Assembly: GCA_032250835.1 (NCBI GenBank)
Contig: JAVVEA010000001.1
Span: 416,001 to 480,000 of the forward strand
Reading direction: 5' to 3'
Origin: a bacterium
GTDB taxonomy: Bacteria; SAR324; XYD2-FULL-50-16
DNA length: 64,000 bases
The translations under genes were made by a program, and so were the position numbers. The notes below the pieces were generated by a model. The model was not told the origin of the DNA. It saw nothing but the letters and a program-made list of their open reading frames with translations, and searched no databases. Within the stretch, counting starts at the first letter, position 1. The number at the start of each line of letters is the position of its first letter. Positions 25,410 to 33,833 of this stretch are shown here, piece after piece.

Positions 25410-25518
25410 TAGCTAAACTAGGTCCAAAGACAATCGCAGCCAAAGGGACTCACGAATTGATAGGCACTCAGCCCAAACTGCGCTATTCTGAGGCGTAACC
25501 TTAAGCAAGAAAATCCTT

Positions 25519-27732
25519 ATGGTCCATCGTCTGATTGCCAACCGTCCCCGTCGTATCTTATTACTAGACCCCCTTTGGCCCGCCGCGCATAAGCTGCTCG
25601 ACCATGTGGCCGATTACCACCGCCTCGAACCGGCTAACCTGGACCACCCGGAACTCTGGGAGCCCCTTCCCGACGTAGTGGTCCTCGCGGTAGACCATCC
25701 CGACTTTGATGCCTGGAGTTGGTTAGAGCAGTTCAGCCAACAAACCCAGTCCTTTGATATTCCGTTGGTGCTTACCGACGGGAGCTATAGCGCCGAACAT
25801 GCCTTAAAAAGCTGCCATGTCGGCGCCGAGGACTATTGGGTCCGCAATGAGGACCCTGAATTTACCAACTGCCACTTCAAGCTATTCTTCCAGCGCCATG
25901 GACGTAAGCTAACGGATTTGCAGGGTTTTTTAGGGGGGCTCTTCCGCAACCTGCCCAATACCGGGGTGCTCTGGTTCGATGAGAATCTTGACGTCTTGCT
26001 GGCAGGTGGTGAATTGCTCTACAAGTTGGGCCTAAGCGGCACGGAGATGTTGGGCAAGCCCATGAACCGGGTAGAAATGGAAGGCCTGCAAGAGGGCTTT
26101 ATCAAGTATTGCCGCTTAGCGCTCGACGGCCAAGGAAGCGCCATGGAGAGCCGGGCCGAAGACCTGGAGCTGTTTCTGCACTTCCTGCCCCAGAGCCTTT
26201 CAACCGGCGCGCTTAGCGGTCTGGTGGTACTGCAAGACGTAACCCCCCAACGGGCCGAGGGGGAACACCGCATTTTAGAAGGCATCGGCGACAGTTTGGA
26301 TCTCCTGATCGCCTATGTAGACCACCGCGGAAAATACCTCTACGCCAACCGCGCCTATTGTGACTGGATCCAGCGTCCCATGTCGGACATCCTCCATAAA
26401 GAGGTGGCCGTGGTACTTGAGCCGGGATATTACGAGCGCCTCAAGCCCCACATCAACGCCGCACTCAACGGCGAGCGCGAGCAATTTGAACTTAAGTACC
26501 ACTTCAGCGGCATCGGCGAGCGCGATATGCTCTTGTCTTATACCCCCCACGTAACCCACGGACGCGTGCAGGGCTTTTTGGTGATTGCCCAGGACGTGAC
26601 GGCTTTACGCGAGTCGCACCGTAAGTTGAAGTTTTTTTATGAGTTGTTAGGCCAAAGCAACGATATCTTCGCGGTGCTGACCTTTGAAGACGGGCGTTTC
26701 ATCGACTTCAACCAAGAGGCCTGCAAACGATTTGGATATAGCAGTGATGAGTTGTTGAAGCTCAGCATATTGGATGTTGATGCTAAGCTACATGACCTAG
26801 CCCAATGGCAAGGCATTGCCCGCATGACGAGGGACAAAGGCGACCGCCTGATTGATTCGGTAGGGATCACCAAAACCGGCGACCGATTTCCCGTAGAAGT
26901 TTCGAGCCGCTACGTCGCCCATGACGGCAAAGAATTTTTTGTGGTCAATATCCGCGACACCACCGAACGCCTCAAGCGTGAGACCGCCGAGTTGGAACGG
27001 CAGATGGAATTAAGCAGCATTTTCAAAGCCTTTGGGGATTTATATCTGTGGATGAACCGAGAAGGCGAAATCAAGGGTTACCAAGTATCCAGCTTCGCGG
27101 ACCTAAGACTGCCGCCCCACCGTTTGATTGGCTCAAAAATCGAAGATCTTCTGCCCACCGAAGTAGCCGAACGGATTTATCAAAGCATCGCCGCCTTAGG
27201 AGAGGGCCACGAAATCCACGAGATCGAATACTCCCAGGAATTTGAACTGGGCATGCGGTATTATGAAAGCCGCTTGTTACCGGTTTTAGGTAATCAGATC
27301 TTATTGATCGCCCGCAACGTAACCGAACGCAAAACGGCCCAGCAAGCGCTGGGACACTATAAAGAAGAGTTGAGTTCCGCGCAAGGGCTGCCGCGGCTGG
27401 GAATTTGGGAGTTTCATTTACCTGAGGCCCAGTTGCACTTCTCACCAGAGCTTTGCCAATTCCTTGGGTACCAAGGCGAAGAAGCAATGGATCTTTTGGG
27501 CTTTTTAAGCCATGTGCCCGAAAAGGAGCAGGAGGAAGTGAAAGACTACCTACAGAGCATCTCGGAAAAAACCGAGGGCTTCAAATTCCGCCACCATTTA
27601 AAGGATCGGCAAGGGCGAGAGCATGAGATTTTGCACTACAGCCTACCCATCCAGCTTGAAGAAGGTGAACCTACCAAGTGGCTGGGCTTGATCCAAGACT
27701 TAGATACCTTGCCTGGGCCGCAGACCAAATAA
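25519..27732 (+). CDS. Pseudo-receiver plus multiple PAS domains, no output domain
   Basis: Degenerate REC N-terminus; about five PAS-like units ending QDVT, QDVT, RDTT, RNVT, QDLD; no HisKA, GGDEF or EAL motif. Confidence 0.8.
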   Translation: MVHRLIANRPRRILLLDPLWPAAHKLLDHVADYHRLEPANLDHPELWEPLPDVVVLAVDHPDFDAWSWLEQFSQQTQSFDIPLVLTDGSYSAEHALKSCHVGAEDYWVRNEDPEFTNCHFKLFFQRHGRKLTDLQGFLGGLFRNLPNTGVLWFDENLDVLLAGGELLYKLGLSGTEMLGKPMNRVEMEGLQEGFIKYCRLALDGQGSAMESRAEDLELFLHFLPQSLSTGALSGLVVLQDVTPQRAEGEHRILEGIGDSLDLLIAYVDHRGKYLYANRAYCDWIQRPMSDILHKEVAVVLEPGYYERLKPHINAALNGEREQFELKYHFSGIGERDMLLSYTPHVTHGRVQGFLVIAQDVTALRESHRKLKFFYELLGQSNDIFAVLTFEDGRFIDFNQEACKRFGYSSDELLKLSILDVDAKLHDLAQWQGIARMTRDKGDRLIDSVGITKTGDRFPVEVSSRYVAHDGKEFFVVNIRDTTERLKRETAELERQMELSSIFKAFGDLYLWMNREGEIKGYQVSSFADLRLPPHRLIGSKIEDLLPTEVAERIYQSIAALGEGHEIHEIEYSQEFELGMRYYESRLLPVLGNQILLIARNVTERKTAQQALGHYKEELSSAQGLPRLGIWEFHLPEAQLHFSPELCQFLGYQGEEAMDLLGFLSHVPEKEQEEVKDYLQSISEKTEGFKFRHHLKDRQGREHEILHYSLPIQLEEGEPTKWLGLIQDLDTLPGPQTK

Positions 27733-27825
27733 GCCTGCTTCGCGGCAATTTTAGGCCGTCTACTAAGCTGCGGATAGGCTGTGGCTCTTGCCTCTTGGCG
27801 GTTTATCCGGTAGCTTCAGCTTAAA

Positions 27826-27880
27826 GGCCTGGGACGCGAAAGCTGTTGGAGGAGGTTTAACTTCTCTCACGCCCCAGGCC
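27826..27880. ncRNA. Candidate structured RNA (17-bp stem, loop carrying GGAGGAGG/CCUCCUCC)
   Basis: The minus strand pairs 17/17 with 3 G-U wobbles. A plus-strand TTGCCT-17-TAGCTT promoter (27788-816) would start transcription just before it. Confidence 0.4.
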
Positions 27881-27982
27881 CAATCTAAAACTTGGGTCTT
27901 TCATTAAGCGGTAATCTAACAAACTCAAGTGAAGACTTCCAAGTTGTTTTGCGGGTCAATTAGGGTCAAAAGGGCTGCATCG

Positions 27983-30900
27983 GTGAATAGCCACGTTATT
28001 TCAGTTGCTAGCCATAAGATATGGCTTCTGGTGATGGGGGTTTTGTGCTCCTTTGGGGCTAGCTTTGCCCAGGCTTCCCCCTCAAATGACCTATTAGAAT
28101 TATCCGTCGAGGCCCAAATATATAGCGCCCCGAACGAAGCCATGGGCGTCGACGAAGCGCTTATTTTGTTTCGTCAGAACAAAGTATTACCCAACGAAGG
28201 ACTGCATTTCGGGGTCTTTTCGGGAGTGCAGTGGATTTATCTGCGCATCCACAACCGCTCCCCGGCGGCCCAAGAATTTTACCTGCAAGGCAGCTATGCC
28301 TCGGTAGAGTATTTGGACTTATACCGCATTGGCCAAAGTCCGCTGACGCCCGAAGCGCACGGAATATCCATCCCGGCGGCGCAAAGAAAAACCCAGCACC
28401 CCTTCCCGCTGCTTCGATTCGACCTCCCGGCGGATACGGAGCGGGAGTATTTAATCCGCGCTCAAAACCTGGGGCAGATTCCCTTAGGATTTGATCTACT
28501 GAGCCCTAGCGAGCTGGAGATCAAACGCGTCCATTCGCACCTGTACCACGGGATCTTTTATGGGTTGCTGGTGGTGGCCATTCTGGTCAGTTTGATCACC
28601 TGGATTAGCTTCAAAGAAAACTATTTGCTGGTCTTTTTTCTGCTGTTGATCACCGAGTTGTGGTTTATTTCCATCGGTGATGGATACTTTCGTTTGATTG
28701 TTGCACCCCATGCAGGGGCAGCTGAAATCAGGGCTTTTTTGATGAGTTCGCTGGGTGGGATGTTGGTCTTTTCTTTGGCCCTCACCAACAGTTTTTTGGA
28801 TATCCCAAAAACCCAACCGAAACTCGCCCAGTTCACCTACTTCTTGTCGGCGGCCATTGTCTTGACCACCCTTTGGGTGGTGCTGGGGGCAAAAGCCAAC
28901 GGGAGCATGCTGGCCTTAGCTTTGGTCTGTGTCGCTACCATGCTGGTCGCTACAGTGATCGGCATCAAAAACCGGGTGCCGGCGGCCCCATATTTTGCCT
29001 TCGCCTTCTTGAGTATCGAATTGGCCGCTGCGGCGCAGGCGATGAAGTTTTTGCGGATCACCGAGCCCTTGGAGCGGCTTGAAGATGTTGATATTTGGTT
29101 GCACTTTGGTTTTGGGGCCGAGGCCTTATTGTTGGTCTTTGCGCTGAGCGGGCGTTTGCGGAATCTAGTGATCCAGAAACAAAAAGCCCAAGAGGCCCTG
29201 ATCGCCCAGGAACGTGAGCAGGTCACCACCTTGGCCCGGCTAGACCGGCTAAAAGACGAATTTTTAGCCAACACCACCCATGAATTAAACACACCGCTCT
29301 TTGGGATGTTGGGGTTACTCGAAAACCTGCAAACCACCGCCGCCGAACGCCTAACGCCCACCGAACGACGCCAGATCGACCTAGCTACCGCCACAGGGCA
29401 AAGATTAACCCACCTAATCAAAGACATCCTTGATTTTTCGGCATTAAAAAACAACAAACTAACCCTAAGACCCAAGACCTTTAACTTAAGCCTGCTCAGC
29501 GACTTTGTCCTTTCTTTATTGAGGCCTTTGGTCGGGGTTAAGCCTTTGGAACTTGAGTTGATCAAGCCATCCCAGCCTCTATGGGTCGTTGCCGACGAAA
29601 ACCGATTGCAGCAGATCTTATTTAATCTGGTGGGCAATTCTCTAAAATTCACCCATCAAGGAAAAATCACCCTGGAATTGAGCCAGGATGAAGAGTTCGC
29701 CTGGGTAAGGGTCCGCGATACAGGGGTCGGAATCCCCAACAGCAACTGGAACCGGCTATTTGAACCCTATAACCAAGAACACCCCGAGGTCGTCAGCCAG
29801 CTAGGCGGTAGCGGTCTAGGCCTTTCGATCACCCTCAAGTTGATTGAGCTACAAGGCGGGCGTTTGGAGATGCAATCTAAACCGGGTGAGGGCACCTGCT
29901 TTGCCTTTTGCCTCCCCCTAGGCAGCCCCGCGCTGGTCGAGAAGCCTCAACTTGAGGTGCCCTTAGCTGAGCCTTCTCTAGAGCCCGTCCAAAAAACCAA
30001 CAACCAGGGCCCCCAAATATTAGTGGTCGACGACGAGCCGGGCAATCTATCGCTGCTCAACGATCTATTAAATGCCCAGGGATACCGTCCGGTCCTTATG
30101 CCCGGCGGGCCAGAGGCATTGGAATGGATCGAAGAGAACCGGCCCGATTTGGTTTTGTTAGACCTGATGATGCCCTTTGCCAACGGATTTGAAGTCTGCC
30201 GAGAAATCCGGCGGCACTACAACGCCGAGGAATTGCCCGTCCTCTTATTGAGCGGACGCAACGCGCCAGAGTCCCTACAAGACGCCTTTGCCGCCGGGGT
30301 TAACGACTACATCGGCAAACCGATCATGGGCCAAGAGCTGATGGCTCGCATTAGCTTACACCTGCGGATACGCGAGAACCACAGCCTGCAAAGTCGGGTC
30401 AAGTTACTCGGGGCGGTCCAAGAAGACCTCGCCCAAAGCCACAGTGGACTCCGCGAAGCGTTGGAACACACCAGCGAGCCGGTCTTGTTGCTCAATGAAC
30501 ACCTGACTCCTTACTTCATCAACCAACAGGCCCGCCGCCTTTTGGGGCTAAAAGACGAAGAGCGCCCCCTTTTGAGTTCACTCTTTGAAGGGGCCAACGA
30601 GGTCCGACAAGTGGCCGAACAGACCCCCACCGAAGGTCAGGTGGTCGCCCTGCAAAAAACTCGACTCAAAGGCAGTCAAGCACACCTTTCGCTGGCTCGC
30701 CTCGCCAAAGGGCAGTGGATGTTAAATATCCACCAGAACAGTGAAGAACGCCAGGACCGCAAGCTAGAATTCCGCGAATTGCTGGTGAAGGTGATGCAAC
30801 AGTCCCTAGACCTTTGGGAACGCGCTAGCGGGCAGAATAAATTTGACCTCGCCGAACGCAGCGGTATCTGGCGCATCTACCAGGATGAAGGCCGCTTGCG

Positions 30901-31066
30901 CACGCGCATATTAGACAAGTATTGTAGCCTAAAAACGCTGCCTAAATATCCTAGATACATGGACGTGCTGCGCACGGCGCTTTTTGTGCTCTCTGAGTGC
31001 CCTGAGTCCAATGCGCAAACCAACGAATTGCGAGAAAACCTAGAGGCATTGCAGCTTTTGGTTTAA
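27983..31066 (+). CDS. 7TM-DISM hybrid histidine kinase (HisKA-HATPase-REC-PAS) with ChiS-like C-terminal domain
   Basis: Signal peptide, DISMED2-like WIYLRIHN..YLDLY, 7 TMs, FLANTTHELNTP, GGSGLGL, LLDLMMP, C-terminal SGIWRIY..RTRILDKY..LPKYPR. Start uncertain (27929/27983/28034). Confidence 0.88.
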   Translation: MNSHVISVASHKIWLLVMGVLCSFGASFAQASPSNDLLELSVEAQIYSAPNEAMGVDEALILFRQNKVLPNEGLHFGVFSGVQWIYLRIHNRSPAAQEFYLQGSYASVEYLDLYRIGQSPLTPEAHGISIPAAQRKTQHPFPLLRFDLPADTEREYLIRAQNLGQIPLGFDLLSPSELEIKRVHSHLYHGIFYGLLVVAILVSLITWISFKENYLLVFFLLLITELWFISIGDGYFRLIVAPHAGAAEIRAFLMSSLGGMLVFSLALTNSFLDIPKTQPKLAQFTYFLSAAIVLTTLWVVLGAKANGSMLALALVCVATMLVATVIGIKNRVPAAPYFAFAFLSIELAAAAQAMKFLRITEPLERLEDVDIWLHFGFGAEALLLVFALSGRLRNLVIQKQKAQEALIAQEREQVTTLARLDRLKDEFLANTTHELNTPLFGMLGLLENLQTTAAERLTPTERRQIDLATATGQRLTHLIKDILDFSALKNNKLTLRPKTFNLSLLSDFVLSLLRPLVGVKPLELELIKPSQPLWVVADENRLQQILFNLVGNSLKFTHQGKITLELSQDEEFAWVRVRDTGVGIPNSNWNRLFEPYNQEHPEVVSQLGGSGLGLSITLKLIELQGGRLEMQSKPGEGTCFAFCLPLGSPALVEKPQLEVPLAEPSLEPVQKTNNQGPQILVVDDEPGNLSLLNDLLNAQGYRPVLMPGGPEALEWIEENRPDLVLLDLMMPFANGFEVCREIRRHYNAEELPVLLLSGRNAPESLQDAFAAGVNDYIGKPIMGQELMARISLHLRIRENHSLQSRVKLLGAVQEDLAQSHSGLREALEHTSEPVLLLNEHLTPYFINQQARRLLGLKDEERPLLSSLFEGANEVRQVAEQTPTEGQVVALQKTRLKGSQAHLSLARLAKGQWMLNIHQNSEERQDRKLEFRELLVKVMQQSLDLWERASGQNKFDLAERSGIWRIYQDEGRLRTRILDKYCSLKTLPKYPRYMDVLRTALFVLSECPESNAQTNELRENLEALQLLV

Positions 31067-31077
31067 TCAACTCTGGG

Positions 31078-31103
31078 GGGCTGAAGCCTTTAGCAGCCCT
31101 TTT
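31078..31103 (+). terminator. Probable intrinsic terminator
   Basis: GGGCTG-loop-CAGCCC-TTTT after the kinase stop. Confidence 0.45.
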
Positions 31104-31223
31104 GTCGGCCCCGGTGAACGGGGCCGTTGGGCCCGCAGATTCCTTAGGCCCAGCCCTTAAACTGGGCCCGGAACCGAAGGCGGCCAATCAAACCTAAAAC
31201 ATCACCTCTAAAGATAAAGTTGC

Positions 31224-31571
31224 ATGGTCTTTGTCTTCGTTTATGGAACCCTAAAGCAGGGCTTTGCCAACCACCACTACCTTGCGGGCTTGGAGATGAG
31301 GCCCGGCTGGGTCGAAGGTTACCAACTGCACCAAGGCCCCGGATATCCCTACGCCGCACCTGGGCAGTCCCGAATTTATGGGGAGGTTTACCCCGTCGAT
31401 GACGCCCTGTTAGCACAGCTAGACGCCTTAGAAGAAACGCCCCACTACTACCGCCGCATAGGGTGCCAAGTCCATTTTGGAGGCGGTGAAACCTGCCCAG
31501 CCTACCTATACGTCCGCCCCGAAGCGGCGGGTCTGCCGGTCATCCCTCAAGGCAAGTACAACCTCACCTAA
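31224..31571 (+). CDS. Gamma-glutamylcyclotransferase (AIG2-like) family protein
   Basis: VFVYGTLKQG.NH, IYGEVY, LDALEE, YRR. Confidence 0.9.
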   Translation: MVFVFVYGTLKQGFANHHYLAGLEMRPGWVEGYQLHQGPGYPYAAPGQSRIYGEVYPVDDALLAQLDALEETPHYYRRIGCQVHFGGGETCPAYLYVRPEAAGLPVIPQGKYNLT

Positions 31572-31666
31572 AGAGGGTTTACATGAAATAGATTTGTCTT
31601 CTAGGGCTTATTCAGGTAAATTGCCATCGTTAACCGAACCTATCGCCGCCCCACTTAGGAGAGATT

Positions 31667-32419
31667 TTGCGAGTCAAAAGCTTGGATTACGAAAACCCCA
31701 TAGCCATCCTACGCGATGTATATTGGGTCGGCTTTTATGACGCCGAAGCGGACCTGCATTGCAACCCCTTCTTGCTGATCGATGAAGAAGAGGTGGTCCT
31801 CTTTGATCCCGGCTCGATCCCGCATTTTCCGGTGGTGATGCGTAAAGTGATCGACGTGGTCAACCCTGAAGAGATCAGCCATCTGGTCTTAAGCCATCAG
31901 GACCCCGACGTTTGCGGCAACGTGGCGGTTGTCGAAGACCTGATCGACCGCAAAGACCTCTTGTTGATCAACCACAGCAGCCAAACCCGCCTGATCCATC
32001 ACTATGGCGTGCGCTCGGATTTTTATGAGGTCGACAAACAGGACTTCAAACTCACCTTAAAGAGCGGTCGGGTTTTAGAGTTCCTACACACCCCCTACCT
32101 ACACAGCCCTTTCGGGATTGTGACCTACGACCACAAAACCAAAACACTCTTTAGCTCCGACATTTTTGGCGGGCTTTCTGAGCATTGGTCCCTCTTCGCC
32201 ACGAGCGACGCGATCTTTGAGTCCATGAGCCGCTGGCACCGGCTGGTGATGCCTTCGAGGCGCATCCTGGCCGATTTTATCCGCCGCTTAGAACGCTTTG
32301 ACATCGAGCGCATCCTGCCGCAGCACGGCTCGATCTTAGAAGGTGAATTTGTCCCCCGGGCTATGGAGCATTTGCGCAACCTCGACTGCGGCATTGACCT
32401 CAGCGAAGGCCGGTTATGA
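31667..32419 (+). CDS. MBL-fold oxygen-binding di-iron (ODP-like) protein
   Basis: HCNPFL, DPGS, SHQDPD, LHSP, FSSD, PQHG; no flavodoxin domain. Confidence 0.8.
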   Translation: MRVKSLDYENPIAILRDVYWVGFYDAEADLHCNPFLLIDEEEVVLFDPGSIPHFPVVMRKVIDVVNPEEISHLVLSHQDPDVCGNVAVVEDLIDRKDLLLINHSSQTRLIHHYGVRSDFYEVDKQDFKLTLKSGRVLEFLHTPYLHSPFGIVTYDHKTKTLFSSDIFGGLSEHWSLFATSDAIFESMSRWHRLVMPSRRILADFIRRLERFDIERILPQHGSILEGEFVPRAMEHLRNLDCGIDLSEGRL

Positions 32420-33321
32420 AGGAGTCGATCTTATCTTTGGGCAACCGGCATGTGACCGATATGCGTGACATCAACCGTTCTTTGTCCGAGAAGGCGCTGA
32501 ACATGCGGTGTCAGGCTTACATGAGCCAAGTTAAGGCGGAGTTGTTAACGGCGACGATCTACGGAATCAACCACAGCAAACAAACGTTGCGCCGTGAACT
32601 AAAGGAAAAGTCCCAACTAGAGCGCGAGTTACGCACCGCCAACCGCACTAAGGACCGTCTGCTTTCTATCATCGCCCATGACCTCCGCACCCCCTTTGCC
32701 AATCTGGTGGGCCTTTCGCAGACTTTGAGCGAAAATTTTGAAGGCCTTAGTGAGGCGGACCGCCGCGAGTTTCTTGACCTGTTGCACCGCTCGGCCATGG
32801 GGGCGATGGAGTTGGTCGATAACCTTTTGGAATGGACCAAGAGCCAGTCAAAAAACCTAACGCCCCAAAAGAGCCCGCTGCGACTCTTTAATTTGGTCCG
32901 TGAGGTCAATTATTTCTTCTCTGAACTAGCTCTACGCAAAGGATTGGAGCTAAAAAACGAGATCGACGAAGCCGAGGAAATCCTGGCCGATCCCAACATG
33001 CTGCAAGCGACGATGCGCAACTTAATCAGCAACGCCATCAAGTTCACCCCTTCGGGTAGCGTCACCATCTCGGCGAACCGGCAGGGTTCAGATCTATTGA
33101 TTGAAGTACGCGATACCGGAAGGGGGATGTCGCCGGAGCTGTTAGAACAGATTTTTGATTCTGAATCGCTCAACAGCCGTCCGGGCACAGACCAAGAGAT
33201 GGGGGCCGGTTTGGGACTCTTTTTGATCAAAGGCTTTTGCGAAGCCCAGGGCGGACATATCTGGGCCCAGAGTAGCGAAGGCAAAGGCAGCACTTTTACC
33301 GTCTCGCTACCGCAGACTTAA
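32416..33321 (+). CDS. Soluble histidine kinase with short helical N-terminus
   Basis: IIAHDLRTP, NLISNAIKFT, DTGRG, GAGLGL; ATGA overlap with the ODP gene. Confidence 0.93.
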   Translation: MKESILSLGNRHVTDMRDINRSLSEKALNMRCQAYMSQVKAELLTATIYGINHSKQTLRRELKEKSQLERELRTANRTKDRLLSIIAHDLRTPFANLVGLSQTLSENFEGLSEADRREFLDLLHRSAMGAMELVDNLLEWTKSQSKNLTPQKSPLRLFNLVREVNYFFSELALRKGLELKNEIDEAEEILADPNMLQATMRNLISNAIKFTPSGSVTISANRQGSDLLIEVRDTGRGMSPELLEQIFDSESLNSRPGTDQEMGAGLGLFLIKGFCEAQGGHIWAQSSEGKGSTFTVSLPQT

Positions 33322-33328
33322 GCGTCCC

Positions 33329-33763
33329 TTAGCTTTGGGTCTTCTCTTTTAAGAAGTTACCTAAAAGCCGGTCAGAACCTTTGATATGCTCCACAAACCA
33401 AAGCTCTAAATCTAAACTCAAATCCAACCAGGGATTTAAACCCGAATGATCCCCTTCGGTCAAAGCGCGTCGGTAAAGCAAAAACTCTTTCTTGGCCCGT
33501 TTGAGCATTTGCACAAAGGTCTTGTGCTCGGCTAGGTGCTCCTTCTCCTGAGGATAGCCCCTTTTGCTCATGTAGGCCTCTTCGGTACTGAAGTGGTCTT
33601 CAACGTAGTGTTCTAATTGCATCAAGGCCTGGGCGAAGAGTTTCATGTCTTCGGCTTCTGAAGAGCGAGTCAAAAGGTCGCGGATCTTAAAGAAGCGGCG
33701 GTGTTGGTGGTCTTGCCAGAGAATCCCGATCTCCAGATCAGAACTCCATTGTAGTGGTGTCAT
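33329..33763 (-). CDS. Hemerythrin-family protein
   Basis: QDHQH, HFSTEE, HLAEH, HIKGSD iron ligands. Confidence 0.9.
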   Translation of the reverse strand: MTPLQWSSDLEIGILWQDHQHRRFFKIRDLLTRSSEAEDMKLFAQALMQLEHYVEDHFSTEEAYMSKRGYPQEKEHLAEHKTFVQMLKRAKKEFLLYRRALTEGDHSGLNPWLDLSLDLELWFVEHIKGSDRLLGNFLKEKTQS

Positions 33764-33833
33764 AGCGCCCCAAAGTAGTTTTTCATTTCAAGCTATCCCA
33801 ACGTGCTAGACTGGTCAATCTAGCAGAAACCAC

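Noticed and set aside
27811-27850. GGGACGCGAAAGCT resembles the GGGACGCAAAGC core of the c-di-GMP-I riboswitch
   Set aside because: The upstream GCAAAC and GNRA-capped P2 stem are absent, and the bases are better explained by the 17-bp hairpin.
31224-31571. Pathway link between the gamma-glutamylcyclotransferase and the 5-oxoprolinase
   Set aside because: Biochemically plausible, but they are 16 kb apart in unrelated contexts, so the sequence gives no evidence of linkage.
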